From Minisyncoccota bacterium (lineage in GTDB: Bacteria > Patescibacteriota > Minisyncoccia > Phycocordibacterales > UBA9973), in the NCBI GenBank assembly GCA_018060905.1, contig JAGOVD010000001.1:1-50365 (forward strand): a DNA stretch of 50,365 nucleotides, given 5' to 3'. Numbering within the stretch: position 1 is the first letter of the stretch; every line of letters begins with the position of its first letter. The translations under genes and the position numbers were made by a program. The notes beneath the pieces were generated by a model. It worked only from the letters and a program-made list of their open reading frames with translations. It did no database searches and had not been told where the DNA came from. Of this stretch, positions 1 through 8,385 are shown piece by piece.

Positions 1-470
1 CCACCTACCAGTGCATCCACTGACTCAACAGCACGCAATTCCTTGTCACTCAGTTCTGTGATGAACTCAGTAACCATAAGGCAAAATATTGGTATGATCC
101 TATATTCTGAATGCATGATTTTGGCAGTGCCATATGCTTGTGCAAGCACCTTGCATCCTTGTGACTTAATGGTCTTGATTTGGTACGCCAGTGCCTCAGG
201 CACAAAGAGCATCTGAATCGGTGCACGACCAAACATATCGAACATGTCATTTCCAGTAGGGGCAGCACTTGCAGACCAGTCCATTTTAAATCCGGTCATA
301 ATATATCCTTGCTCTTTGGTGAATATATTTTTCTTATACCATCCGGGTTTTGCAGGAGTGCTGTCATAGGCGATCTTGGCCCAGTGTGATGCTGATTCCA
401 TAACGATTTTAAAATAGTCAGGACTCAGGATGCAGAAGGGTTCAGGGGTGAAAAGTTTTGTGAACTTCAT
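1..470 (-). CDS. hypothetical protein, C-terminal part cut by the window edge (ATG at 470-468)
   Basis: Hand translation of the minus strand from 470 gives MKFTKLFTPEPFCILSPDYFKIVMESASHWAKIAYDSTPAKPGWYKK... and stays open to position 1. It is absent from the ORF track because there is no stop inside the window. It has the same promoter/leader cassette as two other minus-strand accessory genes. Confidence 0.5.
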   Translation of the reverse strand, partial: MKFTKLFTPEPFCILSPDYFKIVMESASHWAKIAYDSTPAKPGWYKKNIFTKEQGYIMTGFKMDWSASAAPTGNDMFDMFGRAPIQMLFVPEALAYQIKTIKSQGCKVLAQAYGTAKIMHSEYRIIPIFCLMVTEFITELSDKELRAVESVDALVG

Positions 471-511
471 ATACAGTAGGTTTTAATTGTTTAGGAACGA
501 AAAGACTGAAT

Positions 512-536
512 ATATAATATCACATATATATTATAT
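512..536. promoter_or_regulatory. 9-bp inverted repeat ATATAATAT-N7-ATATTATAT in a divergent promoter region
   Basis: Perfect inverted repeat between the divergent genes 1..470(-) and 543..1226(+). It overlaps a minus-strand TTGACA (536-541) and a TGnTATTAT extended -10 (514-522), and also a plus-strand TATAAT (513-518). Confidence 0.4.
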
Positions 537-542
537 GTCAAT

Positions 543-1226
543 ATGCAATATATGCGATTAAGATATACTAGAGATATGAAAGCCATACTGAAATCTGGTC
601 GCAATTCCTACAATGCAATGAGCGAGGCAGAGCTCGAGAAGAAGAGAAAAGAGCTCATGGAGAGCCCTATATTTAAACAGGCTCAACAAACAGTCAGAGA
701 TGTGACTGAGCGTATGCAGAAGGTCACCGAAACGTTGAAACCCACACTTGAGCGTGTCGCACAAGTACGTGAACAAATTATTGCTTTGCAGCCCAACTTA
801 CTCTCTGATACCTTAGTTATACCAACTGATAATATTAACCACCTCATACTCAAAGAGCTACGAATATTAAATGCGAAAAAACCTGTATCAAAACAAAGTG
901 TCGGTACTGAAATTGTGATTTCATATGATATGCAGGAAAATACCTTGATGAGAACAGTAGATGGTACAGAGTACATCTATCACTTTAAAAATGATGCAAA
1001 ACGGAAAAAATTGTTTGATACATTGCGTTTAAAAAAATCCTATCTACAGCGCAAAGAGCTCAAAGTCCTGCTTGGTTCTCCAACCGCTGATGCTGTCTCA
1101 ACAATGGTTAAAACTCTTAATGAAAAAGTGGCCCAAAAACTACATCTCAATAAACTGAAAATTATTGTTGCTAAATCTGGATCAGGGTATCGGATTAATG
1201 CGAATGTGATAATCCAGCGAGTATAA
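543..1226 (+). CDS. hypothetical protein with a possible C-terminal OmpR/PhoB-like winged-helix DNA-binding domain
   Basis: The C-terminus ...LQRKELKVLLGSPTADAVSTMVKTLNEKVAQKLHLNKLKIIVAKSGSGYRIN resembles the trans_reg_C pattern that ends in G-Y-R-I/L. The N-terminal half looks like coiled coil. Confidence 0.45.
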   Translation: MQYMRLRYTRDMKAILKSGRNSYNAMSEAELEKKRKELMESPIFKQAQQTVRDVTERMQKVTETLKPTLERVAQVREQIIALQPNLLSDTLVIPTDNINHLILKELRILNAKKPVSKQSVGTEIVISYDMQENTLMRTVDGTEYIYHFKNDAKRKKLFDTLRLKKSYLQRKELKVLLGSPTADAVSTMVKTLNEKVAQKLHLNKLKIIVAKSGSGYRINANVIIQRV

Positions 1227-1309
1227 AAATAATGATATACCACAATTAACAGTTGATTTTGTCAAATTTTTATGTTAGAGTAAGGGAAATCACCTTTAAA
1301 TAAAACAAT

Positions 1310-2365
1310 ATGAGATATAATAAAATCATGGAATATAAAAAACCTCTACGGTTGAAATTAAGAGATACTGTTGGAATCGTGAGTCCCTCATGGGGCGGTC
1401 CAAGCATCTTTCCTCATATTTATGAGAATGGACTAAAGGTACTCAAAGAGTTAGGGCTTCAAATAAAAGAATATCCAACTGCGCGAGCAGACAATGATTT
1501 TCTTTCAAAAAATCCTGAAGCACGCGCAAAAGACATTAATGATGCTTTTGCGGATAGTGAAGTGAAAGCAATTTTTGCATCGATCGGAGGAGAAGATTCT
1601 GTACGAATTCTTCCATTTCTTAATAAAGAAGTAATACAGAATAATCCGAAAATACTGATAGGTTATTCAGATACCACTACACTTCTCACGTATCTTAATC
1701 AATTAGGATTGGTGACATTTCATGGTCCTTCAATCATGGCAGGATTCTCACAGGCTGAATCATTACCTGAGTCTTTTACCCAGCACATCCAACAGATGCT
1801 TTTCTCACCCCAAGAAACGTATGAGTACAGTAAGTATAGCGTTTATTGCGACGGTTATCTTGATTGGGGCCAAGAAGAAAATCTCGGAAAGACCAAAGAA
1901 CTTAAACAAGATAATGGTTGGAGATTTATTCAGGGTTCGAGCGTGGTAACCGGAGAGTTATATGGCGGATGTATTGAAGTATTGGAATTTATGAATGGTA
2001 CGGACTTTTGGCCAGAAAAGGATTTCTGGAACGGAAAGGTATTATTTTTCGAAACTTCAGAAGAAAAGCCTTCGATTCAGCAGGTACAATGGAAACTTCG
2101 CAATTATGGTATGCAGGGTATTTTTGATAAAGTAAGCGCGGTATTGTTTGGCAGAGCCAGGGATTACAGCGATGAAGAAAAGAATGAGCTGGATCTAATG
2201 ATCGTGAATGTTATCAAAGAGGAATTTGGAAATGCTGAAATACCTATTGTCACTAATATGGACTTCGGACATACAGATCCTCAAATTATCCTGCCATTAG
2301 GAATAAAAGCCGAAGTTGATTGTCTAAGTAAGACTTTCAAATTGATTGAATCACCACTGCAATAG
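1310..2365 (+). CDS. LD-carboxypeptidase / MccF-like serine peptidase (family S66)
   Basis: VGIVSPSWGG N-terminus, nucleophile motif GYSDTTTL, and the C-terminal MDFGHTDPQ His motif. Length 351 aa is typical. An alternative start is MEYKK at 1328. Confidence 0.85.
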   Translation: MRYNKIMEYKKPLRLKLRDTVGIVSPSWGGPSIFPHIYENGLKVLKELGLQIKEYPTARADNDFLSKNPEARAKDINDAFADSEVKAIFASIGGEDSVRILPFLNKEVIQNNPKILIGYSDTTTLLTYLNQLGLVTFHGPSIMAGFSQAESLPESFTQHIQQMLFSPQETYEYSKYSVYCDGYLDWGQEENLGKTKELKQDNGWRFIQGSSVVTGELYGGCIEVLEFMNGTDFWPEKDFWNGKVLFFETSEEKPSIQQVQWKLRNYGMQGIFDKVSAVLFGRARDYSDEEKNELDLMIVNVIKEEFGNAEIPIVTNMDFGHTDPQIILPLGIKAEVDCLSKTFKLIESPLQ

Positions 2366-2378
2366 AAATTGTTGCCAA

Positions 2379-2408
2379 AGTCTCACTATATGTGGGACTT
2401 TTATTTAT
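2379..2408 (+). terminator. intrinsic terminator after the S66 peptidase gene
   Basis: 8-bp stem AGTCTCAC/GTGGGACT (one G-U pair), loop TATAT, followed by TTTTATTTAT. Confidence 0.6.
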
Positions 2409-2447
2409 ATAATCTAAGTAGTCACTATCTTGTGTTAATAACTCTCC

Positions 2448-2476
2448 AAAACCGCTTATAGGATAAGCGGTTTTTT
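2448..2476. terminator. second, symmetric (bidirectional-type) hairpin terminator
   Basis: AAAACCGCTTAT-AGG-ATAAGCGGTTTTTT: perfect stem flanked by an A-run and a T-run. It sits at the left edge of the phage-like module. Confidence 0.6.
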
Positions 2477-2579
2477 GCCGTCCAGCTCAACTATATGACG
2501 ATTACATGACCCTGTACCTATTTGGTCTGATACTTAGGGGGACCAGTCATCCTTCATTTATTCCTTTAACAACATATAT

Positions 2580-3854
2580 ATGACCAAACTACACTGGACA
2601 ACCGTCCAAAGACGTGTCAACGAACTTGTGCCTCAGGAGATCAATCCTCGCACCATTAACGATAAACAGCTTGCAGATCTCACGAAGAGTTTGCAGAAAT
2701 ATGATCTTGTTGAGATTCCCGCTATAGACCTTGACGGACGCATACTCGCTGGGCATCAGCGCATCAAGGTGATGCAATTGCTTGGACGTGGAGAAGAAAT
2801 CATCGACGTGAGATTGCCAAACCGTAAATTGACGGATGATGAAGCAAAACAATATCTCATCGCAAGTAATGCGCTTGGCGGTGACTGGGACTTCACATCT
2901 CTGAAGTCCTTCGATCTCGATATTCTCACAAGTGCAGGCTTTGACGAAATTGAGCTTGCTAAATTCTGGGACGATGACAAGGAAATCAAAAATGATACCT
3001 TCGATGTCGATGCAGAATTGAAAAAGATCAAAACGCCCAAGACAAAGCTCGGAGATGTTATCAGACTCGGCAAACACAAGATCATCTGTGGCGACAGCAC
3101 CAAGCCCGAGATACTTACACGACTGCTTGGAGATGAACGCGCAAGCATGATCTACAGTGATCCCGTATATAACATTTCAGTGGACTACCGAGGCGGTATT
3201 GGTGGAAAGAAGGACTACGGCGGAGATGTAAATGATACTCGCACATATGATGAGTACAAGAAATTCATCGCCGACAGTCTCACTGCATCACTTACCGTAT
3301 CTCATCCAGACACACATGTTTTCTATTATTGTGACCAAATCTACATTGGTCTGATTCAAGACGTATACCGGACACTGGGCATTGCAAACAAGCGTGTATG
3401 TCTATGGCTCAAGAACTCACAGAATTGCGTGCCTAAAGTGTTTTGCAACAAAGCATACGAGCCTGCCGTTTATGGCACGCGCGGACGACCATATCTTGCA
3501 ACTTCTATGACTTCACTCACTGAAGTATTGAATCCAGAATTCGGTACTGGTAACGAACTCCTCGAACAAGTAGATGAGTTCATTGAAATCTGGACTGCAA
3601 AACGACTTTCCGCAAAGGATTACGAACACGCAACCTCAAAACCTATCTCGCTTCATGAGAAGGCGATAAAGCGATGCACGAAACCAGGAGATATCATCAT
3701 AGACAGCTTCCTGGGATCGGGTAGCACACTTCTGGCAGCAGAACAGCTTGATCGGCGCCTCTATGGCTGTGAGCTTGAAGAACGCTTTTGTGATCTCATC
3801 GTCAAGAGGTACGAAGCATTAACTGGCAACAAAGCAATATATGAAAAAGAATAA
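2580..3854 (+). CDS. ParB-like nuclease domain fused to a DNA methyltransferase (N6A/N4C, beta-class order)
   Basis: The N-terminus has the ParB-N-like GHQRIKV motif. Motif IV-like IYSDPVYN precedes the AdoMet motif DSFLGSGSTLLAAEQLDRRLYGCEL. This architecture is typical of phage ParB-MTases located next to terminase genes. Confidence 0.85.
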   Translation: MTKLHWTTVQRRVNELVPQEINPRTINDKQLADLTKSLQKYDLVEIPAIDLDGRILAGHQRIKVMQLLGRGEEIIDVRLPNRKLTDDEAKQYLIASNALGGDWDFTSLKSFDLDILTSAGFDEIELAKFWDDDKEIKNDTFDVDAELKKIKTPKTKLGDVIRLGKHKIICGDSTKPEILTRLLGDERASMIYSDPVYNISVDYRGGIGGKKDYGGDVNDTRTYDEYKKFIADSLTASLTVSHPDTHVFYYCDQIYIGLIQDVYRTLGIANKRVCLWLKNSQNCVPKVFCNKAYEPAVYGTRGRPYLATSMTSLTEVLNPEFGTGNELLEQVDEFIEIWTAKRLSAKDYEHATSKPISLHEKAIKRCTKPGDIIIDSFLGSGSTLLAAEQLDRRLYGCELEERFCDLIVKRYEALTGNKAIYEKE

Positions 3855-4236
3855 AAAACGAGACGAATTCCTAGATCAACTCAAAAAGATTCCCATTGTA
3901 CTCGTCGCATGTGAAAAAGTCGGGCTCTCACGCAACTCCATCTATCGCTGGCGCAAAGAAGATGAAGCCTTTTCCACTGTAATGGACGAGGCACTCACCG
4001 AAGGCGAAGCTCTCGTGAATGACATGAGTGAAAGCCAACTCCTCACGATGATCAAAGAAAAGAACTGGTCAGCTATCAGCTTCTGGTTGCGACACCGCAA
4101 TCCAAAATTCAGAGACAAAGTTGAAGTCACCACAAAAATCACTTCTGACATCTTAACGCCAGAGCAAGAAACACTCGTCAGAGAAGCATTAACATTAGCA
4201 GGTATTAACCAACATCAATCCAATGAACAATCATAA
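3841..4236 (+). CDS. terS: terminase small subunit (HTH type)
   Basis: 131 aa lying immediately upstream of and overlapping TerL. The N-terminal HTH is ACEKVGLSRNSIYRWRKEDEAF. Position and size are typical. Confidence 0.7.
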   Translation: MKKNKKRDEFLDQLKKIPIVLVACEKVGLSRNSIYRWRKEDEAFSTVMDEALTEGEALVNDMSESQLLTMIKEKNWSAISFWLRHRNPKFRDKVEVTTKITSDILTPEQETLVREALTLAGINQHQSNEQS

Positions 4237-5707
4237 TATTATCCCCGAAGAAACTATCAACGCTATGGTTCATGACAAGAAAGTGCGCATTGCAATCACG
4301 ACCCAAAGCCACCTCCACTTCTTTCACTTCTACTTCGCACACTACATCAAATATCCAACCGCAGACTTCCAACGGGAAATCATACAACTGACGGAAGATG
4401 AGACAGTGAAGAACTTTTGTGTCGTATCGTTTCGCGGATCTGCAAAATCTACAATCGTCACCACCTCATACCCAGTCTGGGCAATTCTTGGTCGTCAGCA
4501 AAAGAAATTTGTCTTGATCCTGTGTCAGACACAGATGCAGGCAAAACAGCACATGATGAACCTCCGTCGCGAACTTGAAACAAATAGTATTCTGAAAAAT
4601 GACCTCGGTCCCTTTAAAGAAGAATCAGACGAATGGGGTTCAACGTCAATCGTATTCTCAGAATCAAATGCGCGAATCACGGTTGCTTCTTCTGAGCAAA
4701 GTATCCGAGGGATTCGCCACAACCAACATCGCCCCGATCTCATCATTTGTGACGACGTGGAAGACATTGCTTCAACTAAAACGAGAGAAGGACGAAAAAA
4801 GACGTATCAATGGCTCACGTCTGAAATCATTCCCACAGGCGACCGTAACACCCGGTTAATCGTCATAGGGAACCTATTGCACGAAGACTCTCTCCTAATG
4901 CGCCTAAAGAGCGACATAGAGAATGGTCGTATCAATGGCGTATTCAAATCATACCCACTCGTCGATGCAGCAGGAAAAATTCTGTGGCCAGGGAAATACC
5001 CTACTCTTCTTGATATTGAAGAAGACAAGAAGAAAATGGGTAACGAGTATGCGTGGGAGCGTGAATATATGCTCAAGATTATCCCTACAGAAGACCAGGC
5101 TATTCACCGTGAATGGATCCAATACTATGACGACATCCCATACAACAAAAAAGATCAGGATGGATACAACGTCAATATGGGAACGTATATCGGTATTGAT
5201 CTTGCGATCTCACAGAGAGATACAGCGGACTACACCGCTATGGTGCCAGCACAGATCATCGGAAACGGTGACGAGGGAGTGTTCTATATTCTGCCAGGGA
5301 TTATTAACAAACGCATGACATTCCCAGAGACTATTGAGTTATGCAAAGTTCTTTACACGATGTATCACAAAGGTGGTCATCACCCAAAGCTCATCATCGA
5401 AGATGTTGCGTACCAACGATCGCTCCCGCAACAACTCAAACATGAGGGCGTACATAATGTACGAACCGTGCATCCTGGCAATCAGGACAAACGTAGTCGC
5501 CTAATTCTCACTGCGTATCTCATCAAATCAGGGAAGATACTATTTCCTCGCACAGGTGCAGAAGAGCTGATTAGTCAGATCGTGAACTTTGGCGTCGAAA
5601 AGCACGACGATCTCGCCGATGCATTTTCTAACTTAATACTTTGTATGGTTGAGAAGCCACCGATCATCCCAAAGATCACGTGGTTCAATACCCGCAGAAG
5701 TTATTAA
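4223..5707 (+). CDS. terL: terminase large subunit
   Basis: Walker A-like FRGSAKST, Walker B/coupling motif DLIICDDVED, and a C-terminal nuclease part with IIEDVAYQ and HDDLADAF. 494 aa. Confidence 0.9.
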   Translation: MNNHNIIPEETINAMVHDKKVRIAITTQSHLHFFHFYFAHYIKYPTADFQREIIQLTEDETVKNFCVVSFRGSAKSTIVTTSYPVWAILGRQQKKFVLILCQTQMQAKQHMMNLRRELETNSILKNDLGPFKEESDEWGSTSIVFSESNARITVASSEQSIRGIRHNQHRPDLIICDDVEDIASTKTREGRKKTYQWLTSEIIPTGDRNTRLIVIGNLLHEDSLLMRLKSDIENGRINGVFKSYPLVDAAGKILWPGKYPTLLDIEEDKKKMGNEYAWEREYMLKIIPTEDQAIHREWIQYYDDIPYNKKDQDGYNVNMGTYIGIDLAISQRDTADYTAMVPAQIIGNGDEGVFYILPGIINKRMTFPETIELCKVLYTMYHKGGHHPKLIIEDVAYQRSLPQQLKHEGVHNVRTVHPGNQDKRSRLILTAYLIKSGKILFPRTGAEELISQIVNFGVEKHDDLADAFSNLILCMVEKPPIIPKITWFNTRRSY

Positions 5708-5711
5708 GGTA

Positions 5712-6188
5712 TTACACTACCTTACAATTCCGCACGATCACTTTCCCAATAGTCGCTCCAGAAACCGTACCTTGTACGGTTATCTGTTGTCCTTTCTTGA
5801 GAGTAGCCAGCTGGGTTTCTTCAGTGGATTTAAACATACACTGTACGCTATCAAGTGAGTATGATTCAGGAGTTTCGAATGTGATGTATGCTTCATCAGT
5901 GATGTCTTTGCCGATGCTATCAATTGATCCAGAGATTTCAACAAGCTTTCCTTTGTATTGATTATCTCCGCTTACTTCGTTTGCTTTGTATGCCTGACGG
6001 AGTGTTTCAGAGTCGAGTTTTATAGCGGTAACTTCTTGTGCTGTTTGAGTATTATTAGATGATGTACTGCTTGTTGTCTTGTCATCACTTGATGCTGATA
6101 TAATCATCCCTAACAATACGAATACTCCGAGTGTTGTTAAAATCGGGTGTCGATTGATCCATGATTTCTTCGTTGGGTTTTGTTCCAT
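5712..6188 (-). CDS. membrane-anchored OB-fold protein (tRNA_anti-like family pattern)
   Basis: Preferred start is MEQNPTKKSW (ATG at 6188), followed by the TM helix ILTTLGVFVLLGMIISA and a Ser/Thr linker. Then comes L..AYKANEVSGDNQYKGKLVEISG...VQCMF...LKKGQQITVQGTV...VIVRNCKVV, the classic pattern of this OB family. Confidence 0.7.
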   Translation of the reverse strand: MEQNPTKKSWINRHPILTTLGVFVLLGMIISASSDDKTTSSTSSNNTQTAQEVTAIKLDSETLRQAYKANEVSGDNQYKGKLVEISGSIDSIGKDITDEAYITFETPESYSLDSVQCMFKSTEETQLATLKKGQQITVQGTVSGATIGKVIVRNCKVV

Positions 6189-6488
6189 AAATATAAAAAC
6201 TAGCTTATAAAGGCTAGACGGGGTATCTGTAGATGCACAGAACCCCGCGCCAGCTCGGACTTGCGTCCACATACCAGTTTCCCGATATGACCCAACGAAG
6301 AGTAAGCTGAACGCGGGGTTCAGTATCTTCGTTGGGATTTGCGACCATATCCTTTATTTCCAAAGGGGTTAGGTCGACTAATATTTAGTTGTAGCGAAAT
6401 AGTACCATTTTGACCGATACTATTCTAGGACATTGTATCGCAGTATCACTGGATCACAGAGGAAGTTACCAACAGCTTATTTTTGAAT

Positions 6489-6517
6489 TAAAAAAGCCCT
6501 GTTTCAATAACAGGGCT
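6489..6517 (-). terminator. intrinsic terminator of 6532..7191
   Basis: AGCCCTG/CAGGGCT stem; on the minus strand it is followed by a T-run. Confidence 0.7.
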
Positions 6518-6531
6518 TAGTAAATAACCTT

Positions 6532-7191
6532 TCACCAATTTAGCCTTTCGAGCTCTTTGGTTAACCAGTCAATTTGGGCAACAACTTCTTTCCGGCGTTG
6601 TCTAACTTCTTCGATAAGTCCTAATATTTCAGGAGCGACTGCTAGTATTGCGTCTGCGTTTGCTTCAATCTCATCATGAATAGAAACGACATTGTCTCTT
6701 TTACTAGAATACTTACGAAGTTCTTCCAGATCCTTAATTAGTTCATACTTTTGTTCCTGAATGAGCAGTGCTTTTGCTTCCTCAAACTTATCCTCAGCAA
6801 TATTCAGTAGATCAAGATAATTACATACCTCGATAAAATTTATTTTCCTTCTCTGGTCTATATTGCTGATAGACTGCATTTGCTTCAAAAGCTCAATTAT
6901 GTTGTCAGTATAGTCAATATTGATTTGCATCAACCCAGACTTTTCCCATACAAGAAATTGAATGTACTTTTTCTTTGATGCGTTTTTGAATGAGGAATAT
7001 GCATATACAGCGATGGCAACTGCGATAATAGCCGCACATATCCATAAGAACCAGTACGTGAGTTCACCGAAAGTCACCCTGTTTCCAAAATAGAAAAATA
7101 AACCAAGGACAACCAGACTTCCCAGAAGGGTATAGCCTTTCTCTTTATCAAGGCTCCTTAGAAAGAAATTCTGATAACTATAATATTTCAT
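6532..7191 (-). CDS. hypothetical 2-TM membrane protein with a C-terminal coiled coil
   Basis: Two hydrophobic helices (LLGSLVVLGLFFYF, WFLWICAAIIAVAIAVYAY) followed by about 140 aa of charged heptad-like sequence. It has its own promoter and terminator. Confidence 0.6.
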   Translation of the reverse strand: MKYYSYQNFFLRSLDKEKGYTLLGSLVVLGLFFYFGNRVTFGELTYWFLWICAAIIAVAIAVYAYSSFKNASKKKYIQFLVWEKSGLMQINIDYTDNIIELLKQMQSISNIDQRRKINFIEVCNYLDLLNIAEDKFEEAKALLIQEQKYELIKDLEELRKYSSKRDNVVSIHDEIEANADAILAVAPEILGLIEEVRQRRKEVVAQIDWLTKELERLNW

Positions 7192-7198
7192 ATGTTCA

Positions 7199-7261
7199 GT
7201 TTTAATTGTTTAAAGATCGAATATCTAGAATCATAATAACACATTATTATTGATATGTAAA
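7199..7261 (-). promoter_or_regulatory. promoter (TTTACA-17-TGtTATTAT) plus a conserved leader (cassette B)
   Basis: Minus strand: -35 at 7256-7261 and extended -10 at 7233-7241. The leader contains TTCGATCTTTAAACAATTAAAAC. Close copies of this cassette occur at 480-541 and 9178-9243. Confidence 0.5.
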
Positions 7262-7309
7262 TAGTCAGTATTTGTTATACAAAATCATAAATTCGCCACT
7301 CTATGGCAT

Positions 7310-7334
7310 TAAAAAAGGACCGTTTCCGGTCCTT
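7310..7334 (-). terminator. intrinsic terminator of 7341..8111
   Basis: GGACCG-TTTC-CGGTCC hairpin; on the minus strand it is followed by TTTTTT. Confidence 0.7.
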
Positions 7335-7340
7335 GTTGAT

Positions 7341-8111
7341 TTAGTTGTAGTTCTCCTGCAAAAAGTCCTCCCATTCTGCTGCTTGTGATTCGTATTTCTT
7401 TGCTACCTTTTCGACATCATTGTAATACTCCTCTACAAGTCGTTCGCGTGCAGTGAGTGCATACTCGATTCTTTCCTCACAGTCGGTAGATGTCGCTTCT
7501 CTCTTTTCTTTAAGGAGGGTGATCAATTCTTCCGTGCTTTGCAGGTGACTGTCGCTATACTGCTTATAGCGCTCTCTGATTTCTTCTTTTGTGTCATTGT
7601 CTTTCGTCTTTCGCAATGCCTCCTGTGCTGCGTTCCAGGCTTTTTCCAAAAGAGTTTTCATCTGAGAACGGATAGTTTCTTCTTCAACGTCGATATCTGC
7701 GAGTTGTGTTCCAAAATCATCGTTTATTTTTTTGAACACCGTCTCAGACGTCCCCACAATATCCTGTTTGTAGACTGCAACCTGGTCTCTAAAAAATTGA
7801 GCCATGCTTTTATTGCTTTTTATCATGTCTTTCACATATGCAATCTGCATCTTTTTGCTATTTCTGGCTATGAGCCTTGAAATAGGATGTGATAGCACAA
7901 GCGTAAACGCAATAATCGCAAACAGTATGACTACCCATGGGTGATTGATGGGGTTGAATACAAAAATAAACAGAAGGATACACACTAACCCCGTCAAAGA
8001 AAGAATGATGTACATTTTTCCATGAAGGAGTGAAGCAGTATTTTTACGTACTTTTTTAATGCTAATTTCGTTTTGCATGTTTATGTAGTTTTTGTGAATG
8101 AACAGATTCAT
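7341..8111 (-). CDS. hypothetical 2-TM membrane protein with a C-terminal coiled coil
   Basis: TM helices MYIILSLTGLVCILLFIFVF and WVVILFAIIAFTLVL, then about 170 aa of charged helical sequence. Same architecture as 6532..7191. Alternative start is MQNEIS at 8078. Confidence 0.6.
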   Translation of the reverse strand: MNLFIHKNYINMQNEISIKKVRKNTASLLHGKMYIILSLTGLVCILLFIFVFNPINHPWVVILFAIIAFTLVLSHPISRLIARNSKKMQIAYVKDMIKSNKSMAQFFRDQVAVYKQDIVGTSETVFKKINDDFGTQLADIDVEEETIRSQMKTLLEKAWNAAQEALRKTKDNDTKEEIRERYKQYSDSHLQSTEELITLLKEKREATSTDCEERIEYALTARERLVEEYYNDVEKVAKKYESQAAEWEDFLQENYN

Positions 8112-8190
8112 TTAGAGACCACGAAATATTCATGAGCTCTAAAATGTGGACGATTTTACTAGTAGGTATCGTCCATTTGACCTTTGGGAA

Positions 8191-8385
8191 TCAATTTCTT
8201 TTTTTCGCTTCCAGCACATGCTTCCCGGCATTGTGTGAAGTGTTGCGTGCTTGTACCTGAGCAATTGCGCCTCGTATCATCTGACTCCGCATTTGTTCTT
8301 GCTCGGACATGAACGCTTCACGTTCGTTTTCTGGAAGGGCGTCGTACGCCCTCTGCATAATGGGTGACAAGTCCCGTCGTGTCAT
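8191..8385 (-). CDS. small hypothetical protein (64 aa)
   Basis: Its start overlaps the stop of 8382..9176 by 4 nt (ATGA), suggesting translational coupling. No recognisable motif. Confidence 0.45.
   Translation of the reverse strand: MTRRDLSPIMQRAYDALPENEREAFMSEQEQMRSQMIRGAIAQVQARNTSHNAGKHVLEAKKRN

Larger units (their letters stand above)
2580..5707 (+). mobile_element. phage-derived DNA packaging module (ParB-methylase, TerS, TerL) without adjacent portal/capsid genes
   Basis: Three co-directional genes, each overlapping the next by 14 nt. The next gene downstream is convergent and not phage-structural. Confidence 0.5.

Noticed and set aside
2530-2560. Possible att-site similarity GGGGGACCAGTCATCCTTCATT (upstream of the methylase) versus CCCCCAACCAGTCTGTCATT (10970-10995, upstream of the recombinase)
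   Set aside because: Only ACCAGTC and TCATT are shared. That is too short to distinguish from chance without statistics or comparative data.
5712-6272. Long N-terminal extensions in the ORF track (5712..6272, 9818..10876, 37044..37949, 37816..39711, 47268..47957, 18489..19487, 46173..47219, 16088..)
   Set aside because: The extensions overlap upstream genes, terminators or structured leaders, or begin at non-ATG codons. Internal ATG starts give proteins that begin where homologous families normally begin.
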